The position numbers were made by a program, and so were the translations under genes. From positions 26,660,001 to 26,724,000 of the forward strand of contig OZ024756.1 in assembly GCA_964016885.1 (NCBI GenBank): 64,000 nucleotides of DNA, in the 5' to 3' direction. This DNA comes from Eledone cirrhosa (lineage: Eukaryota). The notes beneath the pieces are model-generated. The model worked only from the letters and a program-made list of their open reading frames with translations, was not told the origin of the DNA and ran no database searches. Within the stretch, counting starts at the first letter, position 1. Every line of letters begins with the position of its first letter. Shown here one piece after another: positions 40,301-52,500 of the stretch.

Positions 40301-43300
40301 GGTGTGGTTGTCTGTATATGTAGTTGTGGTGTGGTTGTCTGTATATGTAGTTGTGCTCTGGTGTGGTTGTCTGTATATGTAGTTGTGGTGTGGTTGTCTG
40401 TATATGTAGTTGTGTTGTAGCTGTCTGTATATGTAGTTGTGGTGTGGTTGTCTGTATATGTAGTTGTGTTGTAGCTTTCTGTATATGTAGTTGTGGTGTG
40501 GTTTTCTGTATATGTAGTTGTGTTGTAGCTGTCTGTATATGTAGTTGTGGTGTGGTTGTCTGTATATGTAGTTGTGTTGTAGCTGTCTGTATATGTAGTT
40601 GTGGTGTGGTTGTCTGTATATGTAGTTGTGCTCTGGTGTGGTTATTCTGCAGCTGTCTGTATATATAATTGTGTGGTGTGGTTGTGTTGAAGTTCTCACT
40701 GGTATTTAATAATAGGATAAGTATGATCTAGGTCCTTTTTCTGTGTTGGTTTTCAATGTGTAATGTTGAGTCCCAGTGTCTCTCTCTGTCATTGATGTGT
40801 AATATATATGAGACAGTGTATGTTTGTATTGTGTAACACACACACACACACACAGTCCACGCTGTAATGTGGCTGTGTAGGTAACACGGTAAAAACCTCC
40901 AAGTCCACACTGTAAATGTGGTTGGTGTTAGGAAGGGTATCCAGCCGTAGAAAACCTGCCAGATAGTCATATACGAGCGAGACACCGTCACCCGACCAAT
41001 CTTGCTTCAAGTGGGACAATTCCCGTCTAAACCGATGCTAGCGTGGAAGACAGGCATTGAACAATGATGATGATGGTGTGTGTGAGGTATATATGTGTTT
41101 GTGAAAAATGTAACTTTAGATTCCTGGTCTCGTCAGCATCTATTTTTATTTTTATTTCATTTTTTTTTTTTTTTTTTTTGCTTTGTTTTTCAGTGGTTCA
41201 ATTGATGGTAATCACCAATTAATCATCAAAGGACGTTTCCAACAGAAACAGATTGAAACAGTCGTTAGGAAATATATTAGTAAGTTAGAAACTGCCTCAT
41301 ATTCTTGTATTATGTTCTTTCTAATTAGCCTCACCCACCCTACATTGTTGGGTGAAGAAGTGATAGGAGATGCCAGTGGAAGGGAGTTCTCTCCAGTAGA
41401 GGAAGACTTTGACTAGAAGTGGTTGGGGAGTGGAGCTCGGTGGTGAGGTGAAAAAGGAACATGATTTGTGGGAGGTTGTGCTGGATGATGAAAAAGACCC
41501 ATGCAATCATGGAAAAGTCTGACATAAAAAGATGATGAGGTGGGAATATGTCTGCTTTGAACAAGTTAGCAGTCATGCAACATCCAGTTCTTGCTACATT
41601 GTCCTTGTTTACCCTAAACTTGGCTGAAGTGGTATTGTTGAAGTCATCTACTTCACGTTAAACAGTCAAAATGTTATTGTTCACTTCATTTCACACAACA
41701 GTTCTTGATATGCATGGCCTCTTTCTCTTTCTCCCTATAATATATATATATACTAGCCGAATTACCTGCGCCTTGTTGCATTTCACACATTTTTTTTTGT
41801 AAGAAAATGATGATTGATTTTCAATCAGTGACAATTTATGGAGAAAAAATAAAGGGAAAATGTTAAAAAAGTAGAGGCATTAACTAATAATTTTTGTTGT
41901 CATAATTTTAATAAGATAAAATGTCTAAATTAGCCAAATTTTACTATAAAAGAGAGGTGCTTTTTTATTGATTTACATTTAATTAATAGAAAAACCCCGT
42001 GATAATAGGTTACAATACTCAAGTTATAGGCTTCCAAAATTTTCACTATATTGTGTTTACCCCCCATTAGGGTGTCTTAATATTATTGAAATTTTGTGAA
42101 TAGGCATCATACCTTGTCATTTACTTATGGTTTAAATTTCATATAAATCGAATGGAAAACATTTTCAGCATGGGTTTGTGCCCCCAGGGAACCCTTTGAT
42201 TAAAATGAAATATACTTATCCAAGTATCCTGGGCAATGTAGTTTAAGAATATATATGGTTATGGGGGTCTATCTCCAAAACCATAGGAAGAGTTTGTGAA
42301 CAAACAAACAAATAGGAACTACAACTTTATATATATAGATAATAATAACAAAGAGGTGGTGTTACGTCAATAAATATATATATAATGTTATTATTGTCTT
42401 AGGCAGCGAATTGGCAGATCTGTTAGAATGTCAGCTAGATATCTTCATTTCACACTCACATGGACAATTGCAGCATATGCTCTTCACTGGCCCTTCTCAC
42501 TTGCCTCGACTGTAACCGTACACTCTGCCAGTGTTCTTCCCTTCTAATCCCTGATGTCATCACCCCAGCGTCTCTGGTCTTCCTCTGGATCTTCTGCCAT
42601 TGATCTGTCCCTGCATGATCTGGAGGGTCGAAGTTCTGGGGCCTGATGGCTTGGCCAAACTATTGTAGCTTTCCCCTTCCTTGTGGTTGTGACCATCTGC
42701 CTCTCTGTTCCCATCTCCAGTTAAAGCCCTTAGTCAAGTGCTATAAGGGTGGTGGATTGGCAATATTGTTAGAGTTCACCCCGCACCATACACACACACA
42801 CACACGTGTGTATATATTTAATTATATAATAAACAACACAATATAATTATTCCATTAAGTAATGGAATAATTATATTGTGTTGTTTATTATATAATTAAA
42901 TAGCTCTGTACTATACATGGAGCTCTCTTCCTTCCTTTATCTTTTCTACGGAAATACATAATATATATTTATATAAGCAGAAGGGATATTCAATTTGTTG
43001 GTAATTCAACAAATATAAATGTTTATAACTGATTTAGAGCACTCAACAAGCTTTCTGAAGTATAATATACATTGATATTAAATAAATGGAAACTATATTT
43101 ATAAAACCATATTTATTCTATTATATATATTTTAAGGGTACCAAAATTTTGGTACCCTTGAAATATATATAATAGAATAAATATAGTTTCCATTTATTTA
43201 ATCTCAATGTGTAATACATGAAAATATTGTAGTTTTCTCCTTCCTTATGGTCACGACCATCTGCCTCTCTGCTCTTATTACTATCCAGGACCAACTCTGT

Positions 43301-43628
43301 TGTTTTATAGTCCATCCAGCTGATGTAGAGTAGCCCCTTGTCATATGTTATTTCAAATGATTAATTTGTTAACAGCCAATATTATTATTTACTAGTCTGT
43401 CTATCTAATACTGGACACGTTGATTCAATCTGCTTACTTTTTGTTTTCACAGAGGAATATGTGACGTGTCATACATGCCGGTCTCCAGAAACCCTACTCC
43501 AGAAAGACACAAGACTGTTCTTCCTACAGTGTGAAACCTGTGGATCCCGTTGTTCTGTCACAAGCATCAAGTCGGGTTTCCAAGCTGTCACCGGAAAGAG
43601 AGCTGCTATCCGAGCGAAGAATGCATAA
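31345..43628 (+). CDS. EIF2S2: Eukaryotic translation initiation factor 2 subunit beta, 9 coding exons, 322 aa
   Basis: Exons: 31345-31362, 34327-34504, 35963-36042, 36850-37006, 37660-37727, 38870-39018, 40175-40231, 41194-41279, 43453-43628; GT-AG, phases consistent, 969 nt. Three poly-Lys K-boxes, [46 protein letters not shown], and the C4 zinc ribbon CHTCRS...CETCGS. Confidence 0.97.
33785..34090 (+). mobile_element. RTE-type LINE 3' fragment (related copies at about 35590-35890 on + and 39240-39660 on -)
   Basis: GHVRM...[18 protein letters not shown]...DRTRWK, typical of RTE C-termini. Confidence 0.75.
36457..36664. mobile_element. 208-bp TTAA-flanked piggyBac-like MITE
   Basis: TIRs ccctttagcattta / taaatgctaaaggg, with TTAA on both sides. 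Confidence 0.85.
40255..40690 (+). repeat. ~27-bp tandem minisatellite just after the EIF2S2 exon 7 donor
   Basis: Unit tgtctgtatatgtagttgtggtgtggt, alternating with a tgttgtagc variant. Confidence 0.92.
41753..42339 (-). mobile_element. Non-autonomous Helitron-like element
   Basis: On - it starts A|TCTATATATATAAAG with a (TTTG)n tract and ends CTAG|T, with no TSD. Similar CTAG ends occur at 55665 (hairpin cccg-gcattgca-cggg) and 39842. Confidence 0.6.
42814..42902. repeat. ~89-bp palindrome, truncated member of the 24859-25106 family
   Basis: tatttaattatataataaacaacacaatataattattccatta-ag-taatggaataattatattgtgttgtttattatataattaaata. The downstream 42895-42957 is homologous to the reverse complement of 24800-24860. 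Confidence 0.85.
43077..43202. repeat. Palindrome centred on aagggtaccaaaattttggtaccctt
   Basis: The arms pair except for a short insertion; the right arm reads GAAA-tatata-TA. Confidence 0.8.
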
Positions 43629-44079
43629 ATTTACTCTCAGATTCTTGCTCAACGATGCTTCACCATTCATGCACTACTTTTAAATACCAGCTAATGTGCA
43701 TGCATTTGTGTGTGTATGTGTGTGTATATGTATATACATATATATATATATATATATATACACGCACATACACATATGCATCCCTTATGTATTTTGATCT
43801 GCATACATATTCATTTCACCATATATATACATATACATACGTATATATGTGTGTATTTGTGTTTGTGTATGCATGTGAGTACTCATTCTTTGAAAGGAGG
43901 GGAACAAAAATAAAACAAAATCAGAAAATATTTAATAAAAGTTGTTTTGTAAAAAATGAGATTGGAAGAAACAAAAGGGGCTTTCTTGCCAAATAAAGAA
44001 AGAGCTGAAATCGAAGCAAATAAAGGGTGTCCAGATTTTAACAATCAGTTCTTTGTAGCTTTGTTATTATTGTACATGT

Positions 44080-44680
44080 CTGGGATTTGGATTGACAGTA
44101 TCGGTAGAGAGTTGGACACCATGCTTTGTGGCATATAGTTACGGCCCTTTACTTTCTGAGTTCAAACCCCGCCGAGGTTAGCTTTGCCTTTCCACAGGGG
44201 GTCGATAAAATAAAGTACCAGTAACACACTGGGCGTTGATTTAATTGACTTTCCCCTCCCCTCAAATTGCTGGCCTTGTGCCTAAATCGGAAACTATTAT
44301 TATTTTTTAAATCTATTTCTTCAAACATTTGTTTAATGCATGTCGTATCTGATTAAATTTACTTTCTGAGTTCAAATCCTGCCATCATTACTGAGGTCAA
44401 TAAAATAAAGTACGAGTCACGCACTGGGATTGATTTAATCGACTTTGCCTTTCCCCAAATTGTTGCGGTGGGTTCACAGTATGGGTAAAGCATCGGACAA
44501 CATGGTTTGTGACAGTTACAGCCCTTTATGTTCTGAGTTCAAATTCTGCTGAAGTTAGCTTTGCCTTTCATCCTTGCGGGGTTGATAAAATAGAGTACCA
44601 ATAATGCACTATGGTCAATCTAATTGACTTTCCCCACTCCCAAAATTGTAGGCCTTGTGCTTCAGAAACCATTATTATAC
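44080..44680 (+). mobile_element. Tandem array of Meta/MESC-like tRNA SINEs (family also at about 14120-14235, 28340-28480, 47440-47710, 49750-50530, 53700-54500, 61200-61560, 62085-62240, 63785-64000)
   Basis: B box gagttcaaa followed by gccgaggt..ctttgcctttcatcc..ggggtcgataaaataaagtaccagt, ending aattgctggccttgtgcc..gaaac(att)n. Confidence 0.8.
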
Positions 44681-45344
44681 ATACATTAGTGAGGCTATCA
44701 AGTTGGGGGGGGTATGTATGCCACAAAAAATGTCAGTGGGGGAATAAGGGAAAATAGTGCTCAATCTAGTGGAAGAGAGCTAATTTAGTATTTGTTGATA
44801 TTTTTACATGTAACATATATTGTGCTACTTTAGGTTTCAAGATCTAGGTATGGCCACCAACATGTACAGTTTGCTGCAGAGGAGACCATACCTTGAAACC
44901 TAAGGTAGCATGATGCATATTAATAAATACTTGTGTGTATGTGTATATGTACATGTATCTGGTGACCCTGTGATAAACAGGCAAAACTCCAAAGTGACAA
45001 AATAAAATTAATCATCATCAACGTTTAGCGTCCGTGTTCCACGCTTGGATGGGGGTATTCCCACTTGAGGCAAGAGTGATTGTCTTGCTCGCATAGGACT
45101 GTCTGGCAGGTTTTCTACAGTTGGATGCCCTTCCTAACACCAACCACATTTACAGTGTGGGTCTGGGCGGTTTTTACCGTGTTGCCTACATGGCCACATT
45201 ACAGCGTGGACTGTGTTTTTTTGTCGTGACACCTACACGATCTCATTTGTTTCGGCCTGGATGGCGCGGCACCAACATAACTTTACATAGAACGGGGTGT
45301 ATTTTGTTAGAGATGCCTACTGGCTGTAGTAGGTTTTACTATGT

Positions 45345-46040
45345 ATTTAGGTAAGGCGGGTCTTCTCTGTTACTGAGTACCGCCAAAGGTCTCGGTCCAG
45401 TGACATTGTCTTGGAGAGGTGTAAGTGTGTGAGGTCGGAGTTTATCAGCTCGTCCCAGGTTTTTCTAGGTCTGCCTATTCCGTGGCTACCGTCTATATTT
45501 ATTGCCCTGCACTTTGTTATACAGCTATCGACTTTCATGCGCATCACGTGTCCATACCAACGTAGCCTTCTCGAGTAAACAACATCTGATCCCTCTTATT
45601 TCTAATTTTTTCCTTAGTTCGTTTATGCTTTGCCGTTCACATATATTACTGTTACACATCCAGCGGAGCATGCAAGCTTCGTTCCTCTCTAGTCTGCGTA
45701 TATCCTCTGCACACAATGCCCAGGTCTCACTGCCATGTAACATTGCTGTTCGTATGCAGGCATCATACAACCTGCCTTTCATTTTTAGGGAGAACCCTTT
45801 AGCAGCTAATAGTGGTATAAGCTCTGAACTTTTTCCAACCAGTTCTGACTCTAGCTACTGTACTTTCAGAGCACCCTCCCCCACTGCTGATTTTATCGCC
45901 CAGGTAACGGAAGCTGTCCACTTTCTATAGAACCCTCTGCGCAATTGAAAGAGCTAGTATTTTGTGGGCACTTGCTGCTACTTATTGCACCAGAGCACCG
46001 GCCACATGTAAAATCTATGTTCTTAGTTAGCTTACCTGTG
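45345..46040 (-). mobile_element. RTE LINE 3' fragment (frameshifted)
   Basis: KGRLYDACIRTAMLHGSETWAL...MLRWMC...GRPRKTWDE. Confidence 0.88.
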
Positions 46041-49000
46041 ATATATATATATATATTATTAACACTGATTAAAAGTTTAAACAAGCAATTTCTTTCACCC
46101 TAAAGCAAGATCTTCTGAAACTGTAGAATATCAATCTGTAGATGCAGAAATATTTTTAAAAATTACTTACAAATATTACCTTTAGAAAATAGGACATAAT
46201 GGTAATGTGTGAAGACGTTCTATTGAGATTAGCGAAGTGTATGCAAGGAGAATTATGTCATTAAGTGAAGCATGAAGAACAAATTCTTGCTATGAAAAGA
46301 TTGGATTAATAATTTTCCTTTTAGAAGAGCCGAATATTTTTCAACTACTATTAATAGAATATAATCATACAAAGATACTGAAGGTATTAATAATAGTATA
46401 TAACTAAAGTACGTAAACAGTATCAAGAAAATCCTGCGATTCTTGAAGTCATTTGTGATATTTGTTCTGCCACGAGTTACAAACACTCCCACCACCAGTA
46501 ATATAGTGAACTAGTGACTGCTCTGTTAAAAAGCCGTAACCAAGACAGAAGTTAAGGGCTGAAACACTCGCTTGCATGGTGGAGTTTCTTTGAAGAACTG
46601 CTGTCCAGCTCTCCTGAAGGTTTCTTACTACAGCCAATTGGAATATAAAAGAAATAAATAACATGTAAACAAATTTTAAATAGATACAAACAACTCTTTT
46701 TGTGTTGTTTGATTTTTATTTATATTCCTGACATTTTTTATGCAATGATGGGAGGAAGGTGACTGTCAACTGCTTGTTTCATCTTAACTCTAGCATTTAA
46801 ACCAGCCAGAATTCTCTCACCTCTGTTCAAACTAGCTGTAACCAGTCACTCATACTGATGTTAAGGTATTGTTCTCAAAATCTCATAGATTCGATATTAT
46901 GTGAGATAAAGTGTTTACCACAAAAATACAATAGTATATATAGAATAATGTAAATCCTAAAGGGTTAAATACCCAAACAAAATGGTGGCCTTTTGCTGAT
47001 TAAAAATAAATAGCTATGATAATGACATTGTAAAATGTGACTGAAGAAAAATAAAAAGAGTCAACTACCACCACACACACACACACACACACTATCATTA
47101 TCAGAAGGTTTATGATATTGATGAGGGAAGACCTGTGCAGAGGTTGTCAGAGCTGATTTCAAATCACTGAACCTCATAGCGAGGTCAAAGAAAGACAGAG
47201 ATGCTGTGCCAGAAAGGACCCATGCAGGCAAGGAAAAACGAGATATAAAACTATGATGATAAAAAATAATAATAATGAAATTACTGTGTACAGTGCTCAG
47301 GTACACTACAACTCATCAAAGGTGCATGTATAGTACATAGAATAATGCACAAATGTCAGGAAAGTGAACAGTCTATGAGTCATAATATGCGTGTGTATGG
47401 AGGGACATATTTTCTTTTTCGTCTTATTATATCATTATCTAATCGACTTACCCTTCCCAAAAATTGTTGGCCTTGTGCCTAAATCAGAAACCATTGTTTT
47501 TATAACTATATGCCGCAAAGCATTGGTAGAACGCCGGAGAAAATGCTTTGTGACATACAGTAACAGCCTTTTATGGTTTGAGTTCAAATCCCACCAAGGT
47601 TTTATGGGGCCGATAAAATAAAGTACCAGTAATGCATTGGACCAATTTAATTGACTTAGCTCTCCCCTTCAAATTGCTGGCCTTTTGCCTAAATCAGAAG
47701 CCATCATTATAATCATTAGTGTCAGCAATTTATCATTTGTATTGTTTATTCACAGCTCAGTCTTGAACCAACCAGCATCTTAAATATGACCAAAGGCATT
47801 TTGCCATTATATTTCAGTCATGACCATAATGTACCTAGGACTACACTTCTAATGTGTCCTGGAGTTTTTAATCAGGTGAAGAGAGACTTGGCTGTTATTT
47901 CTAACATATCAATAGACTGTAAAAATTCCTGTCACTGGCTTCATGGTTATGATGACATTGGCAAATCTATAGCTTATTTCTTTATGTCAATCTAGCTCAG
48001 ACATGGTGAGATGATGCTAACAATGAGATGAAAGACATTTCATAATAGAAGAAAGCTCTATTAACAAAATCTACTATAATATCTGTGTATATATATATAT
48101 ACATATACACACATATTCATACATGTCTGTGTGTGTATGTATAGGTACTTGTGTGGTCAGAGTAGCAACAAAAGGGACAGAATCAAGTTCGGTGAGATGC
48201 AATTCGGCTCTGTGTCAAGCAAGGATACTCTTTCTGGTGTTAACAACTGCGAGAGAAATACTTAGCTATGGGTAAGCCACTGTACATCTGAAGAAGGTTT
48301 TTAACACTCTCAAGCTTGATGAAAGTCTTGTAGAGGACTATGCAAGGTAGAAGTTGGAAATGAGTACAGTAATGAATTTGAAGAGTAGGTTGGGCTCAGT
48401 CTTCAGTTCTCTTCTGTTTATTTAGTGCTGGTGTCAAGATAAAAGTAAGATGCAGGCACCCAGCCTGTCTGGGAGATCAGTAGCCCTGCTTAAGTAATGG
48501 CCTGTTCTCTGAAGACCCATTCAACTCTTGCTAACAAGGAACACAGATGTTAAATGATGAAGATGATATAGAGATATGGTGGTCATGCTGGTGCAGTGAC
48601 AAATAAAAAAAAAAAACACCCAGTCCGCACAAATAATAGCAGTTTGAATACATACAAGATTATTATTTTTTTAGGGTCCGACAGATTTATCTATAATATT
48701 GAAAAGATTAGATTCTAAGTTAAACGAACGTATAACAGATAACAGTTTAAATACTGATAGGTAAATGGACCAAGAAACAAGGAGAGAAGAAAATGAACCG
48801 CATATATTACATTTCTGAAATCAACAATTCGGCAGTAAGATTCAAATAAATTCTGGTTCAGTACTCTTATTTTATATTTGCGGAGAGAGAGGGAGGGGTT
48901 GAGAGAACATGTAAGAGTATAAGCAATGTATGAGGGAGACAGAGAGGGGGTTGGGGTGGGGGGAAGGTTCCAGAAGGAAATAATAATAACAATGGGAAAG

Positions 49001-49580
49001 TTTACGAGAAGATTATTTTTATAAATGTCCGACAGATTCATCCGTATTGAAAAGTTAAACGAACATATAAATAATAGCAGTTTAAATACGAGAAGATTAT
49101 TTTTTCTTTTTGAGGGTCCGACAGATTTATCCATAATATTGAAAAGATTAGATTCTAAGTTAAACGAACATATATATATATATTGATGATGATGATATAT
49201 ATATATATACATACATACATGTGCGTATATATCAGCATGACCGGATGGTTGGAACAGGTAAAAGAGTAAAAGAGTGTGTATGTTTAGTCACAGGATAGAA
49301 GTTAATAGCTTTTGCTTGCACTCAACACTGCAGTGGATGGAAGTCCTCCAGGGTCACTAAGAGAGTGATTAAGCACAATATAGCTCACCACATGCAGCTG
49401 AGGGTTCATGTTTGACTTGCCGAAGCATAGATTCAGTGGCAAAGAATAAAATCTTGTTTATCAAAGAAGCTATGTAGAGCTAGACTTAAGAAGAGCAAGT
49501 GAAGAGCTTGGCTCAAGCACAGCAAGTGTTTGTTGGCTCAACTGCAGGCAGCTGAGCGAGGTTTTGTCCCGCTTTAAATT

Positions 49581-52500
49581 TTAATATTTTACATCGTAGA
49601 TATTGAAGCGATCATAGTTCTCCATTCTGCCCATTTCCAGGCTGCTGGTTTCAGAATCAGAGTTATCATAATCTGGTAGAAGAGTTTGTGAAATATCTTC
49701 GATGTTTGTCACTTGCACTTTCACTGAAATAATATTAATAACAATAATAATAATAATAATTGTTTCTACTTTTGGCACAAGGCCATCAATTACCCAGTAC
49801 ATTACTGGTACTTTATTTTATCGACCCCGTAAGGATGAAAGGCAAAGTTGACCTCGGCGGGATTTGAACTCAGAATGGAAAGAGCCGTAACTCCATGCGT
49901 CAAAGCTTGGCGTCCGACCCTCTACTGATACTGCCAACCCAACACCCTGACGATAATAATAATAATAACAATAAAAATAATAATAATGGTTTCTTATGTA
50001 GGCACAAGGCCAGCAATTTTGGGGGGGAGGGGAAAGTCGATTAAACAGACCCCAGTGTATTACTGGTACTTTATTTTATCAACCTCGTAAGGACGAAAGG
50101 CAAAGCTAACATCGGCAGGATTTGAACCCAGAACGTAAAGGGCCATGACTCTATGCTGCAAAGCATGGTGTGTGACGCTTTATCGATTACTGCCAATCCA
50201 GCGCCCTAACAATAAAAATAATAACACTAATGGTTTCTTATTTAGGCACAAGGCCAGCAATTTTGGAGAGGGGAAAATCAATTAAATTAACTCCAGTGCA
50301 TTACTGGTGCTTTATTTCATCAACCCTATAAGGGTGGGATTTTAACTGAGAATGTAAAGGGCTATAACTCTATGCTGCAAAACGTTTGATGCTCTACCGA
50401 TACTGCCAATTCATTGCCCTTAATGGTTTCTGATTCAGGCACAAGGCCAACAATTTGGTGAGAGTGGTAAGTCAATTAAATCAAACCCACCATGCAACCC
50501 CGTAAGGATGAAAAGCAAACCTAACCACAATGGAATTTGAACTCAGATCATAAATTTGTGTTTTGTGTAGTCAACTACTTCAAATTGTGGGCAACCTATG
50601 GTAACCATATCTACTTCCCTAAAGAATATCCGGTGTGGTTTGACCATGTCCACATTGGCATATCTGAGAAATTCAGTCGGTACATGCCAGACAGAAAACT
50701 TTGAGAAGGTTTTTGAGGCTTTTACACCCTCCTCTCCTATATACTAGTCTTACACAGTCCCAGTATGCATCTCAAACACAGTTCCAGTTGTTCGCTAACA
50801 CTAAAGTGCGGAACATTCCTAGAAAGGCCTATAGATGCCTGAAGAAATCTGACCATCTTACTCCTGTCGGGCCATAGGCAGCAAGTAGTCTAAAAGCATG
50901 TCCTTTGCTGCTGGCCACATCCAGCATCCTCGACTTACTTTTGGGTCCAAAAAGATGGTCTGGATTGTGAGATCCAGGCCTTTGTGAAACAATACAGCGC
51001 AACTCTACCTCCCGAGAAAGGAGAATAGGTTAAAGATATTTAAAATATTTGATGACAACACACACTAAAACAAAGTGGAGTAAAATACCACTTGAGAGAG
51101 AGAGAGAGTATACCTTTAAGTGTGAAGGGGTTGTCTTCATCAGGAATGATTTCCTCCTCTTCAAATTCATCATCATCATCATCATCATCATCAATTTGGT
51201 CCATTTCAAATCGTTCAAAGTCTTTATAAAGATTCGGAATCTGAGAAAATAGATGGAGCAATAGCAGAAGAAAATTAAGGGTTTCTATATCTGGAAAAAA
51301 TTCACACATTAAGGGTTTCTAGATCTGGCAAAAATAAACAAATTAAGTATTTCTAGATCTGAAAAAAACCCCGCAAATTAAAGGTTTCTAAATCTGGCAA
51401 AAATCCACAAATTAATAATGAAACAATTATAATTTTTAGTAAATCCCTTCAAACTCTTTATTAGTAATACTAAAGGGTTAAAGCTGCAAGAAGAAAAACA
51501 ATTCTCAGGTTTTGGACAGGAAGGGCTCTGTTTTAAATGTTAGACTTCCCTTTTTCTTCACGGTATAAAATGTATTTCCATCTATATGTAAATTTCTGCG
51601 ATTCTGTGACAATACGTAAAGAAAGGAGTAGTTTGACTACCTCATACTACCCCTCTCTTTACGTCTGTTGCCTGTGTAAATGTATGTGTGTGTAAAAGGA
51701 AGGAAGGTGGTGGTGAAAAAACTATAGCAAAATAGTGGTTGGCATTCCATTTATGCTGTGTATGTGTGTGTTTGTGTGAATGTATGTCTGAGTGTGTATT
51801 TTTGTGTGTCTGTGTTTGCACGTTTATATTTATATACTTATACATATAAATACATACACATATGTGTCAGCGTGTTGAAAAATATCCTAGTTGTTAAAAT
51901 TATTCCATTATGAGGTATATGTAAAACATGAAATACAGGGCAGCAAATGGAATGAATCTATTGCAACTTAAAAGTAAGAACATGATTGAAATTATCTCTA
52001 CCTCATGATAATGCTGGTATGTTTATAGAGCCATAATAAAACCCTCTTACCTTTTCTGTAGTTCTCAAGAAACGAGGCCAGTAAGCTGGGACTGTTTTAG
52101 CAAGGGACATCAGTATTTCATTTGGTTTGTGGCGTATTATACACTTGGAGATCACAACCTTCTCATAAAGTTCATAGGTTGCTAAAATGGGAGCATTGCT
52201 GTCCATGGGACTGAAGAGGTGAAAAGATGAAAAACAACATATGACAGCAATTTTGACAACATTTGAATATGAACACTTCATTGGTATACAGTAGTTATTG
52301 ACAGTAGTATGTATAATGTGTTAGTAGTAGATTGCAGCTATAGTAAAGGTAGATGATGGTGGCATGGATGTATAATGGTAGCTATATTAAAGATATAAGG
52401 TAGTATGGATATATGATGATAGCTGTATTAGAGATATATATTGCTATAGGTATATAGTGGTAGCTATAGTAAAGATATGTGACAATGGTATAGGTATATG

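Noticed and set aside
40250-40699. 149-aa and Cys/Val-rich ORFs
   Set aside because: Translations of the 27-bp minisatellite inside an intron.
46200-46664. Non-repetitive stretch with short ORFs between EIF2S2 and the ARM/CS gene
   Set aside because: No recognisable domain and no consistent splice chain; it may be UTR or a decayed insertion.
48631-49212. 165-aa minus ORF and possible hammerhead within ~100-bp direct repeats
   Set aside because: Low-complexity repeat-derived ORF; no CUGANGA core was found.
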